The translations under genes were made by a program, and so were the position numbers. The notes under the pieces were generated by a model. The model saw nothing but the letters and a program-made list of their open reading frames with translations, was not told where the DNA came from and searched no databases. A DNA stretch of 64,000 nt from an uncultured Gammaproteobacteria bacterium (GTDB taxonomy: Bacteria; Patescibacteriota; Patescibacteriia; Magasanikbacterales; GWA2-37-8), in contig CAZHYJ010000006.1 of the NCBI GenBank assembly GCA_964536725.1, forward strand, positions 482-64,481, read 5' to 3'. Each line of letters starts with the position of its first letter. Position 1 is the stretch's first letter. Positions 28,375 to 38,969 of this stretch are shown here, piece by piece.

Positions 28375-29354
28375 AAATTATAAATAATATTAAAAATATA
28401 GCCCATAATCATAATACCAATTAGAGTAATACCTAAAAAAGTAGCCAACAATTGCCAACTCATTACTTTCTTCAAGATCATTGCTTCCGGAATGGAAATT
28501 GTTACAATGGCGGTCATAAATGCCAACACCGTACCAAGTGGCACGCCTTTTCCGACCAAAGCTTCCATTACCGGAATAACACTAACGGAATTTGCATAAA
28601 GCGGAGAGCCGAGCAATGTTGCGAGGGGTACTGCCCACCATGATTTTATTGAAAGGTATTGTTCGACCAAACTCACCGGAACAAAACCATGTATTAATGC
28701 TCCAATACTTACACCTAATACAACATAAGGGAATACGGTTTTAGTAATAGCAAACCCGTCTTTCCAGAAATTTGTAATCAATTTTTTAAAAGGTAAAGCA
28801 ACACCGCCATTTTCCGCCATTGCCTGCTGTCTGGATTTGAATTTGAGCAATTCTGGTCTGATGTATTTTTCTAAATGTAATCTTTGCATTAACATCCCAC
28901 CCAAAACAGCAACAGAAAGCCCGACTAAATTGTAGATAATAGTTACTTTCCAGCCAAACATTGCGGGAAATAAATATAGCGAAGATTCGTTTATAAGTGG
29001 GGAGGCAATTAAAAAAGCAAAAGTAACTCCAAGCGGAATACCCGCCCCCACAAACCCAATAAAGAGCGGGATTGAGGAACAAGAACAAAACGGAGTGATG
29101 ACGCCCAATACTGCCGCCAAAACATAATCCAATCCAAACCAGCATCGTTTTGTCAAAATATCCCGTACTTTTTCCATAGGAAAATAGTAGCGAGTGATGG
29201 CCATAACATAGTTAATCACAACCAAAAGCAAACCGATTTTGATAACATCATAAATAAAAAAATTTATTGCGTTTCCCCAGTATATGTCGGTTATCCCCAG
29301 CCATTTGTAAGTAGTCAGATCGGCAAATAGTTGGATCGGCTTAAAAATATCCAT
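28371..29354 (-). CDS. ArsP-family permease (DUF318)
   Basis: TPFCSCSSIP, FLIASPL, SIPE; start set at MDIFK. Confidence 0.9.
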   Translation of the reverse strand: MDIFKPIQLFADLTTYKWLGITDIYWGNAINFFIYDVIKIGLLLVVINYVMAITRYYFPMEKVRDILTKRCWFGLDYVLAAVLGVITPFCSCSSIPLFIGFVGAGIPLGVTFAFLIASPLINESSLYLFPAMFGWKVTIIYNLVGLSVAVLGGMLMQRLHLEKYIRPELLKFKSRQQAMAENGGVALPFKKLITNFWKDGFAITKTVFPYVVLGVSIGALIHGFVPVSLVEQYLSIKSWWAVPLATLLGSPLYANSVSVIPVMEALVGKGVPLGTVLAFMTAIVTISIPEAMILKKVMSWQLLATFLGITLIGIMIMGYIFNIIYNL

Positions 29355-29359
29355 AACAA

Positions 29360-29659
29360 TTAGCATTTGCCCCCGCACGAACAACCTCCAGTTGGTTTGG
29401 TTGATATTTCTTGTTGTGGTTTTCTGTTTTTAGAGATCATTTCTTTTATGTCCTCTACTGCTGGTATTGTTCCATAACTCATGATATTTTCGTCTATAAC
29501 TAAAGCCGGCGTACTCATAACACCATACCCGATGATTAAACCCATATCTATAACTTTTTCTATCACAACTTCAACACCTAATTCTTCCACCGCTTTTTTA
29601 GCATTAGCTTCTAACTTAACGCAATTAGGACAGCCTGAACCTAGGATTTTAATTACCAT
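29360..29659 (-). CDS. small redox-active disulfide protein (MTH895/ArsE-like thioredoxin)
   Basis: ILGSGCPNC, YGVMSTPALVID; Cys-rich tail CSCGGKC. Confidence 0.9.
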   Translation of the reverse strand: MVIKILGSGCPNCVKLEANAKKAVEELGVEVVIEKVIDMGLIIGYGVMSTPALVIDENIMSYGTIPAVEDIKEMISKNRKPQQEISTKPTGGCSCGGKC

Positions 29660-29972
29660 AGCACTTTGGCTTTAAGAATAAATGTAAATTAGTTAGTTGT
29701 TTATTTAGGTTTTTGTTATTTAATTCGTAAAATACTTTTAAACCCCGCTTGTTTGGTTTTACTAATCCGGCTTCTTTTAAGACGCCCAGATGGTGCGAGA
29801 TTAAATTTTGAGGTAATTCCAAAGCTGGCCAAATTTCACAGACGCATTTTGGACCATTTTTGAGCATACACAAAATACGCACCCGATTTTCTTCACCTAC
29901 AATTTTTAAAAAATCCACTGTTTTTTTAAGATCGCTGGTGGCCTTTTTATTTTCACAACATTTTATTGGCAT
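29649..29972 (-). CDS. arsR: ArsR/SmtB-family metalloregulator
   Basis: N-terminal CC, KCVCEI, SHHL..LK.AGL. Confidence 0.9.
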   Translation of the reverse strand: MPIKCCENKKATSDLKKTVDFLKIVGEENRVRILCMLKNGPKCVCEIWPALELPQNLISHHLGVLKEAGLVKPNKRGLKVFYELNNKNLNKQLTNLHLFLKPKCYGN

Positions 29973-30074
29973 CTTGTTTACTTAGACTACATCAATTACG
30001 GTTGATATTATACAAAACAATTATCTTCCTTGCAAGCATAAAAACAAAAAAATCTGGTTTAAGTCAGATTTTTG

Positions 30075-30161
30075 CGGAAGGGGTGGGATTCGAACCCACG
30101 GATCACTTGCGTAATCAACAGTTTTCAAGACTGTCCTCGTAAACCACTTGAGTACCCTTCC
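30075..30161 (-). tRNA. tRNA-Ser (UGA)
   Basis: GGAAGGG/CCCTTCC acceptor stem, ACAGT-CTTGAAA-ACTGT anticodon arm, long variable arm. Confidence 0.95.
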
Positions 30162-30208
30162 ATTACTCTAACAAAATATCATAAAACCCAGCAAAAAACA
30201 AGGGTGCT

Positions 30209-33118
30209 TTAACCACGACGAATAATAGTCGCCACCGCCTTAACTCCCCGCCCAAACCAGGCCAAAAACACAACTCCGCGGGCACGGGCCAAAAACCCTA
30301 AAAACAAAGTGGTTGCCGCACCGGCAGCAGCCGAAAAATACGTTCCAACACCCTCTTTGACAACGGGTTTTTCTAATTCTTTGGCCATTCCCACTATTTT
30401 TATATCTTCCTGCCCCCTTGGCCATATCTGCAACCCATTTTTCCCCTGTTCTAAAACACCAGATACCTCGACTTTCTGTCCTTCCAGAAAATCGACCAAA
30501 TTTACTTTTGTGCCTTTTTTAAAATATACCACCGCTTCTGACAAATCATCGTCGACATACCAATATCCACTCTTTTTCTCCGTGATATCCCCAACAATTT
30601 TCACCAACACACCGAGTGGTTGGTCTTCTAAATCACTCAAATCAGAAATTACTGCCGATATCACCTGCTCTGTCTTCAAAATATCCACATCTCCCGCTTT
30701 TTTTATATTCACCCTCTTTTGTCCGTTTGCTTCCGAAATTACACCACGCACCCGCACCACATCGCCAACTTTAAGTGGTGGAAAATCTTTTTTATATTGA
30801 TAAATTGCGATACCTGCCGTATCGTCAGCAATGTAAAAATATTGCACACCAAAAACTCCTGGTAAAACCGTGACTGCTCCAACAATCAAAACCCCAACAC
30901 CTTTTTCTTGTTCGCGCGCTTCGTAGATAGAAAGTGGTTTATGCCAAACACCACCCACACTCTTGGTAGCATTAGAGGTAATTTTTATTCCCACACCTTT
31001 AATTGTCTCTGCTCCTAATACCACACCCGGAGTTGGTATACTTAACAACCATTCACCGCTAACCAAAGAATAGCTTTTCCCCGAAACACTTTTTCCGAAT
31101 TTAACTACATCTACTACACTATCACCCGGCGCCAACAACTCTATCTTCCCACCTGCGTTGTTTAAAGAAATTTTTGTCGCCGCTTTGTAAAATACTAAAC
31201 AGGATTTTGGTGTGATATTTGTCTTGTCTGGAATTTGATATTTTTTTGTTCCTACTCGCAGTTGCCAGCCGGACAGGTCAATCGTGCTTGAGCCACTATT
31301 CCAGATTTCAATATATTCATTACTGTCTTGTCCGGCTGGATCAGACATCACTTCGCTAATTAAAATCGGGCTATTAATTAAAGACAATCCACTACCCACA
31401 TTGATCTTTATCTGCTTTTTGCCAACTGTGCCGACAGTTGAAGAGGCGACAACGTCGACAACATATACACCTGAACTAACAAAACTTTTTTCTACCTCCT
31501 CACCAAAATATTTTTCACCATCACCAAAATTCCATTCAAAAGATAGCTTACCACCGCGTGGATCAACCGATTCATCCGCCGACAACAAAACCACTTCGTT
31601 CAAATCCGCGCTCAACGGATATTTTAATTTCCACACTATACCCACTGAATCTTCCTCCTCCAAAATATTTTCCTGACCTGCCGTAATCTGATTCGTCCAT
31701 TTCCAACCATCAGTAAAACGCGCATAACTTAACCCACTTTCTGCTCGCTCATATTTTATTCGATCGACGATATTTCCATTTGTGTCATACAAAAATACTT
31801 CTTCGGCTTGAGTGTTATTTAAAACAATTCCCGTAATTGCCCTGCGCCAAAACAACAAACCATTAGCCGAAATCATACCGGAGAGAGAATATTTTTTATC
31901 TTTATCACCAATTGCCCAACCAGCCAAATTTATTTCCGTATTAAAAATATTTTTGATTTCAACAAACTCGTCAGCAGTATCTACACCTTCAGGATCCGGT
32001 AATATCTCGTTTAAAATTACTTTACCAAAAAAGGTTGAGGTAGCCGAACTACTTACAGCAACCGTCGTTGTGGTTGCCGCAACAGATTTGGCAGTATAAC
32101 TACTACCGCCTGATCCACCACTAGAGACCGGTGGGGCAACGATAACATTCCTTGCTCCCGCAGTAACTTGGGTGGTTATCTGCCACGAACCCGCACCGTC
32201 AATCGAACGTGCGTACGAGCGTCCTTTGCCCACTGTACCAAAATCAACCCGATCTAAAATGTTTTCCTGGTTGTCTTTTAAAATTGCGCTATCCCCAGAA
32301 TTGTTCAAAAAACCACTGCCCAGATCAAAAACGAACCAACTGCTGTTTGCGATTGTGCCCGTCGTAGTTTTACAAGAAGTTAAACGATTATCACAAACTT
32401 TTATACCCTCCACCGACAAAGTAGTCGTCCCTAAATTAAATATTTCGACCCATTCGTTACCAGTTTCCGGATCAGGAAATATCTCGTTTAAGCGCAACCC
32501 GCTATAATCAGTCGTGCTAGAAACAAAAGCAGTTGAGGTGGTAGAAGTTGGAATAATCGGATTAGGATCGGGAGTGGTGGTAACAGTGGTGGTTGGAGCC
32601 TCTACTGGAGGTAAAACAACGTCACCATTGGTATCTCCAGGTGTTGTGGTGGTCGTCAAGACCCAAGAAGCACCGCCATCTGGTATACGCGCCCAAACAT
32701 AACCCTCCTCCGCGGCAGCGTGCTCAGCACCAGCACCATAATCAAATCGGTCCCATTCCTCATCACTATATTTCAAAACTACTGAATCGCCCGCTTTGTT
32801 TAAACGATTATTTAAATCTACATTTAAATATTCACCTGGAATCAAAAAGGTTGAGGAAGAAAAAGTTTTTATACTTTCACTTGAGTCCCAAATCGAAAAA
32901 TTGCTCAAATCAATACATTGATCAAAGAGATTATATAACTCTGCCCAGTCGTTATATGCCGAAGCAGAAGAAATTTCATTTATCAACACCTTGCCCCTTG
33001 CCAATGACGTCGCACAGACATCTTCCTCAACCATCATCGCCGCTTTGGCCGAGAATACTGAAAAAATGTAGATAAACAAAAAGACGCCAAACGCGCCTAC
33101 GAAAAAAAACTTCTTCAT
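30209..33118 (-). CDS. surface protein with four lamin-tail domains, PKD, OB-folds and a C-terminal TM
   Basis: Four (I/L)(N/S)E...EW/F.E.N...DL LTD repeats, WNFGDG PKD motif, two OB-like modules. Confidence 0.88.
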   Translation of the reverse strand: MKKFFFVGAFGVFLFIYIFSVFSAKAAMMVEEDVCATSLARGKVLINEISSASAYNDWAELYNLFDQCIDLSNFSIWDSSESIKTFSSSTFLIPGEYLNVDLNNRLNKAGDSVVLKYSDEEWDRFDYGAGAEHAAAEEGYVWARIPDGGASWVLTTTTTPGDTNGDVVLPPVEAPTTTVTTTPDPNPIIPTSTTSTAFVSSTTDYSGLRLNEIFPDPETGNEWVEIFNLGTTTLSVEGIKVCDNRLTSCKTTTGTIANSSWFVFDLGSGFLNNSGDSAILKDNQENILDRVDFGTVGKGRSYARSIDGAGSWQITTQVTAGARNVIVAPPVSSGGSGGSSYTAKSVAATTTTVAVSSSATSTFFGKVILNEILPDPEGVDTADEFVEIKNIFNTEINLAGWAIGDKDKKYSLSGMISANGLLFWRRAITGIVLNNTQAEEVFLYDTNGNIVDRIKYERAESGLSYARFTDGWKWTNQITAGQENILEEEDSVGIVWKLKYPLSADLNEVVLLSADESVDPRGGKLSFEWNFGDGEKYFGEEVEKSFVSSGVYVVDVVASSTVGTVGKKQIKINVGSGLSLINSPILISEVMSDPAGQDSNEYIEIWNSGSSTIDLSGWQLRVGTKKYQIPDKTNITPKSCLVFYKAATKISLNNAGGKIELLAPGDSVVDVVKFGKSVSGKSYSLVSGEWLLSIPTPGVVLGAETIKGVGIKITSNATKSVGGVWHKPLSIYEAREQEKGVGVLIVGAVTVLPGVFGVQYFYIADDTAGIAIYQYKKDFPPLKVGDVVRVRGVISEANGQKRVNIKKAGDVDILKTEQVISAVISDLSDLEDQPLGVLVKIVGDITEKKSGYWYVDDDLSEAVVYFKKGTKVNLVDFLEGQKVEVSGVLEQGKNGLQIWPRGQEDIKIVGMAKELEKPVVKEGVGTYFSAAAGAATTLFLGFLARARGVVFLAWFGRGVKAVATIIRRG

Positions 33119-33235
33119 ACCCCCTCCAAATTAATTAAATTAACTTTAAATTAATTATACAAAAAAATATTATATTGTACAAACAAAAAATTCCTGTGGA
33201 TAACTCAGGAATTTTTTGTTTCTTAAAAAACACGA

Positions 33236-33877
33236 TTACTTTTTTTCTAGTGTAGTAGTGGGGGTGGCGGGGGTTGAGGTTGGTGGCTGGAAAAGAAATA
33301 TTTCTGTCTTATCAGAGTAGAAAACTATTTTCGATCCGCCAGCTTGATTTTTTATCACTAAACTAGTATCGTCTTTGCTAATTATTTCTCCGCTGACCAT
33401 ACCATTCCCTCCCATCATCCGACCTCCATTTGGTCTTTGTCCACCCGCACCCATCTGCCCTCTGTTTTGACCATTAAACTGACCGCCATTAGAGACTGGT
33501 TGTTGACCCGGGTTATTAACAGCATCATTAGGCAGATTACCAGGACGAAAATTTTCTCCAGTACTCGTAGTGCTAGTCGCCCCACGCATCATAAAACCAC
33601 CTGGTTCACCGATCATTATTCGTTTGGCGCTAACCGTTCCGTCTGAATTAGTGGTTCCCATAACAGTAATTTTTTTACCAACCACCAAGTCAGCTAAAGT
33701 GGCTTTAGTGCCCATATTAAAAAACTTTTCTGTACTTGAGGCGCTGTTGCTGCGCGGGAAGTTGTTTTTGTTCGCGCCACCATTCTGAGGAATGGTGTTT
33801 GCCTGACCGCATCCAGAGATAAAAATAACCCCACCTACTAACAAAGAAGCTATTCCGAACTTTTTTAAATCAATCAT
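33236..33877 (-). CDS. lipoprotein with DUF5666-like OB motif
   Basis: Lipobox ISGC; DLVVG..ITV.G..N.DG.V.A. Confidence 0.75.
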   Translation of the reverse strand: MIDLKKFGIASLLVGGVIFISGCGQANTIPQNGGANKNNFPRSNSASSTEKFFNMGTKATLADLVVGKKITVMGTTNSDGTVSAKRIMIGEPGGFMMRGATSTTSTGENFRPGNLPNDAVNNPGQQPVSNGGQFNGQNRGQMGAGGQRPNGGRMMGGNGMVSGEIISKDDTSLVIKNQAGGSKIVFYSDKTEIFLFQPPTSTPATPTTTLEKK

Positions 33878-33895
33878 AAAAATATATTAAATAGT

Positions 33896-35110
33896 TTATT
33901 GATAACGCAAAGCATCAATTGGATCAAGACGTGCTGCCCGACGTGCCGGATAAAACCCAAATACCACTCCCACAAGTGCTGATACACCAAAAGACATAAT
34001 TACTGACCACGAGGTTACTACCGTCGTTGTTCCGCTAAACTTAGTAATTAGCCAGGCTGCCAGCCAACCAATTGCAATCCCGATTATTCCACCAATCACT
34101 GTTAGTGCCGCCGACTCCATCAAAAACTGAATAGTAATATCTCTGTTCCTTGCCCCCAAGGATTTACGTAAACCAATTTCACGTGTCCGTTCAGTAACAG
34201 TTGTTAACATCATGTTCATAATACCAATTCCACCAACCAACAAGGAGATGCCGGCAATAGCACCTAAAAGTAGCGTCAGCGTTCCTGAGACGGCGGACAT
34301 CGCCGAAAGCATATCTGCTTGATTCATAATACTAAAATCCGCTTTGGTAGCATCTGCAATATTGTGTCGCTCCAACAAAACCGCCTGTACTTCTGCTTGT
34401 ACTGTATTCATCATCTCCTCTGAGGATACCTGGATGTTAATATTACTTAATTTACTATTTCCCGTAATATATTGTTGCGCTGTCCCTAATGGTATGTAGA
34501 TCAAATCATCCGAACTACCAAAACCTGTTCCACCTTTTGATTTGGTAGAACCGATTACAGTAAACTCTTGTCCGGTAATCCGAATTTTTTGCCCGGTCGG
34601 ATCACTTCCCACATCGAACAAATTATCCCGTGTTGTCGGCCCAATCACCGCCACCTTAGATTTAGATTTAACCTGAGCATCGGTAATACCACTACCGTAT
34701 TCGATTTCAATTGTTTTGACGGCGAAATAATTAGGGTCAACACCATAAATTGAGGTATTGGTATTTTTTCCTTTAACCGTCACTTGCTTGCGTCCGCTTA
34801 CTGTCGGTGCAATTGCTTGAATGCCGGAGATATTTTTAAGTGCGACTGAGTCTTCCACAGTCAAATTCTGGGAGGCCCCCATACCACCACTAACCATTGT
34901 ATTTCTTTGTGCACCCGGCATAACTGTTAACAAATTTGTGCCTAAAGATTGTACCCGTTCAGTAATTGATTGGGTTGATCCTTGTCCCACTGCGACCAAG
35001 GCAATCACTGAGGCAATACCAATAACAATACCAAGAATAGTCAAAACAGAGCGTGACTTGTTTGACGACAACGAAAACCCGGTCTCTTCTAAAATATCTG
35101 TTATAAGCAT
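33896..35110 (-). CDS. MacB/YknZ-type ABC permease
   Basis: LGIVIGI, GGIGIMN, ERTREIG, PARRAA.LDP. Confidence 0.95.
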   Translation of the reverse strand: MLITDILEETGFSLSSNKSRSVLTILGIVIGIASVIALVAVGQGSTQSITERVQSLGTNLLTVMPGAQRNTMVSGGMGASQNLTVEDSVALKNISGIQAIAPTVSGRKQVTVKGKNTNTSIYGVDPNYFAVKTIEIEYGSGITDAQVKSKSKVAVIGPTTRDNLFDVGSDPTGQKIRITGQEFTVIGSTKSKGGTGFGSSDDLIYIPLGTAQQYITGNSKLSNINIQVSSEEMMNTVQAEVQAVLLERHNIADATKADFSIMNQADMLSAMSAVSGTLTLLLGAIAGISLLVGGIGIMNMMLTTVTERTREIGLRKSLGARNRDITIQFLMESAALTVIGGIIGIAIGWLAAWLITKFSGTTTVVTSWSVIMSFGVSALVGVVFGFYPARRAARLDPIDALRYQ

Positions 35111-35114
35111 AAAA

Positions 35115-35801
35115 TTACTTTTTCTTATCAGAAACTATTTCTCCGTCCTTGATTTCAATTATCCGATCAGCCTGGTCGGCCACATATTTATCGTGGGTAA
35201 TCAAAATTATTGTTCGCCTATGTTCCTTGTTTATTTTTTTAAAAGTTTCCAAAATTATTGTTCCGGTTTTAGAGTCCAGATTACCGGTCGGTTCATCCGC
35301 TAAAATAATTGCCGGGTCTGCCACCAAGGCACGGGCAATCGCCACTCTCTGCATTTGTCCACCAGATAATTCATTAGAAAGATGGCTCCAACGGTTTTCA
35401 TCCAACCCACAGGCGATCAACGCTTTCTCTGCACGCGATTGACGTTCGGCTTTGGTAATTTCCGCGTTATATATCAACGGCATCATAACATTGCGCATCA
35501 CTGTTGAACGCGACAGTAAATTAAAAGACTGAAAAACAAAACCAATTTTCTTGGAGCGGATCTGGGCAATCTCATCATCAGACAAACCAAAAACATCAAC
35601 ATCGTCCAAAAAATATTTTCCACTAAATGGCCGGTCCAACGCTCCTAACAGATTCATCAAAGTTGACTTACCCGAACCAGATGGACCCATGATGGCCACA
35701 AATTCACCCTCACTAATCTCAAAGTTTATATCCTTCAAAACCGGTACTTGTCCATCTCCCGTAAGGTATGATTGATTTATGTTTTCCAATTTTATTAACA
35801 T
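35115..35801 (-). CDS. ABC transporter ATP-binding subunit (MacB/YknY type)
   Basis: [23 protein letters not shown]. Confidence 0.96.
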   Translation of the reverse strand: MLIKLENINQSYLTGDGQVPVLKDINFEISEGEFVAIMGPSGSGKSTLMNLLGALDRPFSGKYFLDDVDVFGLSDDEIAQIRSKKIGFVFQSFNLLSRSTVMRNVMMPLIYNAEITKAERQSRAEKALIACGLDENRWSHLSNELSGGQMQRVAIARALVADPAIILADEPTGNLDSKTGTIILETFKKINKEHRRTIILITHDKYVADQADRIIEIKDGEIVSDKKK

Positions 35802-35803
35802 AA

Positions 35804-37579
35804 TTAACGCAAAACTCGCATTACATCACCACTCCCTGCCCCGCCACCAAACCCGCCACCTTGGGTAGCGTTGGTTTTAGTAGCAGCAGCCGAACCAGAA
35901 GAGATTGTCTGAGTGATAACATTATCACTTTCAACCAAACCGCTGATAATTTCCGTCATCGTATCGTTGCTATCGCCCACTACCACTGTTTTCTTTTCTG
36001 GCACACCATTTACCAATACTTCCACATAGCTACTACCATTTTGGGTTTTGATTGCCGAAGTCTTTACTGTCAAAACATCTGACTTAGAAGAAAGAATAAT
36101 GTTGGCTGTTACTGTCATGCCCGATTTAACTCTTTCGTCTTGAACATTAAAGACAATTTTTACATTGTAACTAACTACCCCCTGGCTAACCGTTCCAACC
36201 GCATCCACTTGCGCGACATCACCGGTAATAGTTAGGTCTTCTACTGCGTCAAAAGTCAAAGTAACTTTTTGTCCCACTTTCACCTTGGCCACATCCACTT
36301 CGTTTAAAGCGATGGTGGCAATTTGTTGTTTAGTTATTAATACACCAACCGAAGTGTTGGCTGATAAAGTGTCGCCTTTTTTAACATTAAAACTTGCAAT
36401 CATTCCATCAAATGGGGCGCGCACTGTATAGTCAGACAATTTTTCTCGTGCATCGGCCAATGAATTTTCTTTTTGTTTAACTGAGATTAACTGTGCTTCC
36501 ACATCTAACGGATCAGCCCCGTTTTTAATATCGGCCAAGGACTGAGTTTTCTCCGCGATTGTGCGCTCAGCATTAACAAGTGCTTCTCGATTGCTTTGCA
36601 AAGTGTTTTGTACAGAGATCAGAGTAGTCAAATGGGAGTTTATCTTCCCCATATCTGTTGCCAACAGACTTTGGTGTTCAACAACCTTGGCAAAAATATT
36701 GTATGACTGTTTGTTTCTGATATCTACCCAAGCATCCAGGTAATTACTACTACTTTTAGCCGACTGAGCGGCAGATCGAACTGTCTCAATAGTTTGGTTT
36801 AAAAGCGCCTCCACTACTGTTTTATCAGAGTACCGCGTCGCTGTCTTGTAACTGGTAAAGTTAGCGTCATATTTAACCCGTGCTGAGTTGTAATCCGTTG
36901 TTGCACTGGATTGAAATCTTTTTAGACTATCAACATATTCCCAATTACCCACAGTATTTAACAGGGCGTCAATATTCCAATAGCCGGAACCAACCGACAC
37001 TTCACTCTCGCCAATGTCTTTGCTATACAAAACATTATACAAATCAGTGATCGTTGTCGGTAGATCTAAAAATGCATTGGAGATGGAATTAAAAGCGTCC
37101 TCATAAGCCTTTTCAATATTATCACCTGCTGTCTGTTTTGCCTCTGTTGCTTGTGCCAAAGTATTTTCTGCCTGCAACAAAGTCAACGGGTCGGCCGCTT
37201 GCTGTAGTTTTTTTAGAGACAATTTAGCTGAATCCAAATTAACTTGCGCGTCACGAACGGTTTTCAAGGCATCGCGTGCATTGGTTTGAAATAACAAAGT
37301 ACCGGCTTTTACTTCTTGTCCAACGACGATATTGCCAACAGACAAAACGTCGCCCGCTACTTTTGATGATATATCAATCTGATTAGCAGCGGAGACTTGC
37401 CCAGTACCACTGATTGAAGAAATTAAAGTACCACGCTCAACAGAGGCAGTAACATATTTTACAGTTACATTGCTGCTGCCCCACTTGCCATATGCCCAAT
37501 ATCCACCCACCACCAAGATTATCAAAATCAAAAGAAGAGCCCACTTTTTCCTCCAAAGCAAACTAAAAAGATTTTTCAT
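35804..37579 (-). CDS. membrane-fusion/adaptor subunit (MacA/YknX/HlyD type)
   Basis: TM, lipoyl half-motifs, long coiled coil, RAPFDG. Confidence 0.92.
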   Translation of the reverse strand: MKNLFSLLWRKKWALLLILIILVVGGYWAYGKWGSSNVTVKYVTASVERGTLISSISGTGQVSAANQIDISSKVAGDVLSVGNIVVGQEVKAGTLLFQTNARDALKTVRDAQVNLDSAKLSLKKLQQAADPLTLLQAENTLAQATEAKQTAGDNIEKAYEDAFNSISNAFLDLPTTITDLYNVLYSKDIGESEVSVGSGYWNIDALLNTVGNWEYVDSLKRFQSSATTDYNSARVKYDANFTSYKTATRYSDKTVVEALLNQTIETVRSAAQSAKSSSNYLDAWVDIRNKQSYNIFAKVVEHQSLLATDMGKINSHLTTLISVQNTLQSNREALVNAERTIAEKTQSLADIKNGADPLDVEAQLISVKQKENSLADAREKLSDYTVRAPFDGMIASFNVKKGDTLSANTSVGVLITKQQIATIALNEVDVAKVKVGQKVTLTFDAVEDLTITGDVAQVDAVGTVSQGVVSYNVKIVFNVQDERVKSGMTVTANIILSSKSDVLTVKTSAIKTQNGSSYVEVLVNGVPEKKTVVVGDSNDTMTEIISGLVESDNVITQTISSGSAAATKTNATQGGGFGGGAGSGDVMRVLR

Positions 37580-37651
37580 AAAATGTTATTTATTCAGAAA
37601 ATTTCAGAACCCCATTCCAGCAATTGAAATGGGGTGTCTAATATTTCCTAA

Positions 37652-38101
37652 TTATTTGTTTAACATACAACCACCACCCCTACGACCTTCACCTGGTTTC
37701 TTGTTAGTCTGTTTGCCTTGGGTGAATTTCAAACGGGCGTCAGCTTGAGCCTGGGTAATCGATCCACTGTCGACTAAAGTTTTCAAATATTGTTTCATCT
37801 GTTCGGTTTTTTGTGCCTGCATTCTGGTGCGCAAATCTGTATCACTCACTCCCTTCTCTTTGGCAATATCATGGATGTTTTTACCTTCTGCCCAACCAGC
37901 TTTTAAATCCGCTAGACTAATACCTAAGATACTGGCTTGCTCCTTCATCTTTTCTTCAAAATTTTGTGCCCAGACAGATGAATCTTTTCCGATCTTCATC
38001 ATCCCACCGTTGCCACCACCGTAAGCAGAGGCAGTGCCCGCTGCTGCCAAAAGTAGCAAAAACATGGCTACTGGAATAATTACATATTTTTTGTTTTTCA
38101 T
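37652..38101 (-). CDS. secreted hypothetical protein
   Basis: Signal peptide MKNKK...ASA; LV.SG.ITQ.QAD motif. Confidence 0.8.
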   Translation of the reverse strand: MKNKKYVIIPVAMFLLLLAAAGTASAYGGGNGGMMKIGKDSSVWAQNFEEKMKEQASILGISLADLKAGWAEGKNIHDIAKEKGVSDTDLRTRMQAQKTEQMKQYLKTLVDSGSITQAQADARLKFTQGKQTNKKPGEGRRGGGCMLNK

Positions 38102-38167
38102 AGGAAGAAAAATTAATGAATAAAATTGTTTGGCTAGCACACTAATGATACAGCTCAGCCGAAACAA

Positions 38168-38968
38168 TTATTTCAAAATATTTTCTCCCATTGGACAGCC
38201 ACCCATCTTCTTAAAAGCCGGCTGATTAAAACAACGATTTACCCCATGCTCAATAATGGGCATTTCATTCTCATCTATTACTTTGATAAAACGAGCAGAA
38301 AAAAAGCTCTCACCGCCCATCCCCATCTTTTCTCCTATAGCCATCACCCAAGAACTGGTAACTATCTCATTTGTCATACCTTGCTCCAACCGAGAAGCTT
38401 CTACTTTTTTCAGGCCGTTTGGAGTTTGAATAATATAATACTGCTCTCCAACTTCTATAACTCTACCAACAATTCCACCACGGCGCTCGCCAACACCTCG
38501 CTCCATAAATGGACGGAAAAATCTTCCGGGCGATTGTGGGTCAAACATTCCTCTTTCAATTCTTTCTGCTAAACGCGTAAAAGTTAGCATTGCTCCGAGT
38601 AGTGTTACGGCAATGGTTAAAAATATTGCCAAATAACCGAATGGTTTTTTGTATACCATGTCTGTCTTTTTCAGGATTAGGCCCGCTACGAATAAGCTAA
38701 AAACAAAAACGATGACTAGGCCATAAGGAAAGGAGTCCAGAAAAGCTAAAAATCCTCGGCTACCGAAACTTAGGTAGGCAAGATTGTCTGACGAACGTAG
38801 ATAAAATAATGCAAGATTAAAAAACAAAATGGCCAAGATAATACTCAAAGCCAAAGCACTGCCAATACCTAATTTTTCCGCCAAAAAAACATACTTCGAG
38901 CGCAGCTTTACTTTACCGCTATTGATCTCATCCATTATTTTGTTTTCGATATTAGGAGATTTTTCCAT
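38168..38968 (-). CDS. membrane protein, probable anti-sigma factor
   Basis: Directly follows the ECF sigma gene; three TMs. Confidence 0.7.
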   Translation of the reverse strand: MEKSPNIENKIMDEINSGKVKLRSKYVFLAEKLGIGSALALSIILAILFFNLALFYLRSSDNLAYLSFGSRGFLAFLDSFPYGLVIVFVFSLFVAGLILKKTDMVYKKPFGYLAIFLTIAVTLLGAMLTFTRLAERIERGMFDPQSPGRFFRPFMERGVGERRGGIVGRVIEVGEQYYIIQTPNGLKKVEASRLEQGMTNEIVTSSWVMAIGEKMGMGGESFFSARFIKVIDENEMPIIEHGVNRCFNQPAFKKMGGCPMGENILK

Positions 38969-38969
38969 A

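Noticed and set aside
30162-30208. Ser leader peptide upstream of tRNA-Ser(UGA), and likewise of tRNA-Ser(CGA)
   Set aside because: The spacers are short and contain no Ser-rich uORF.
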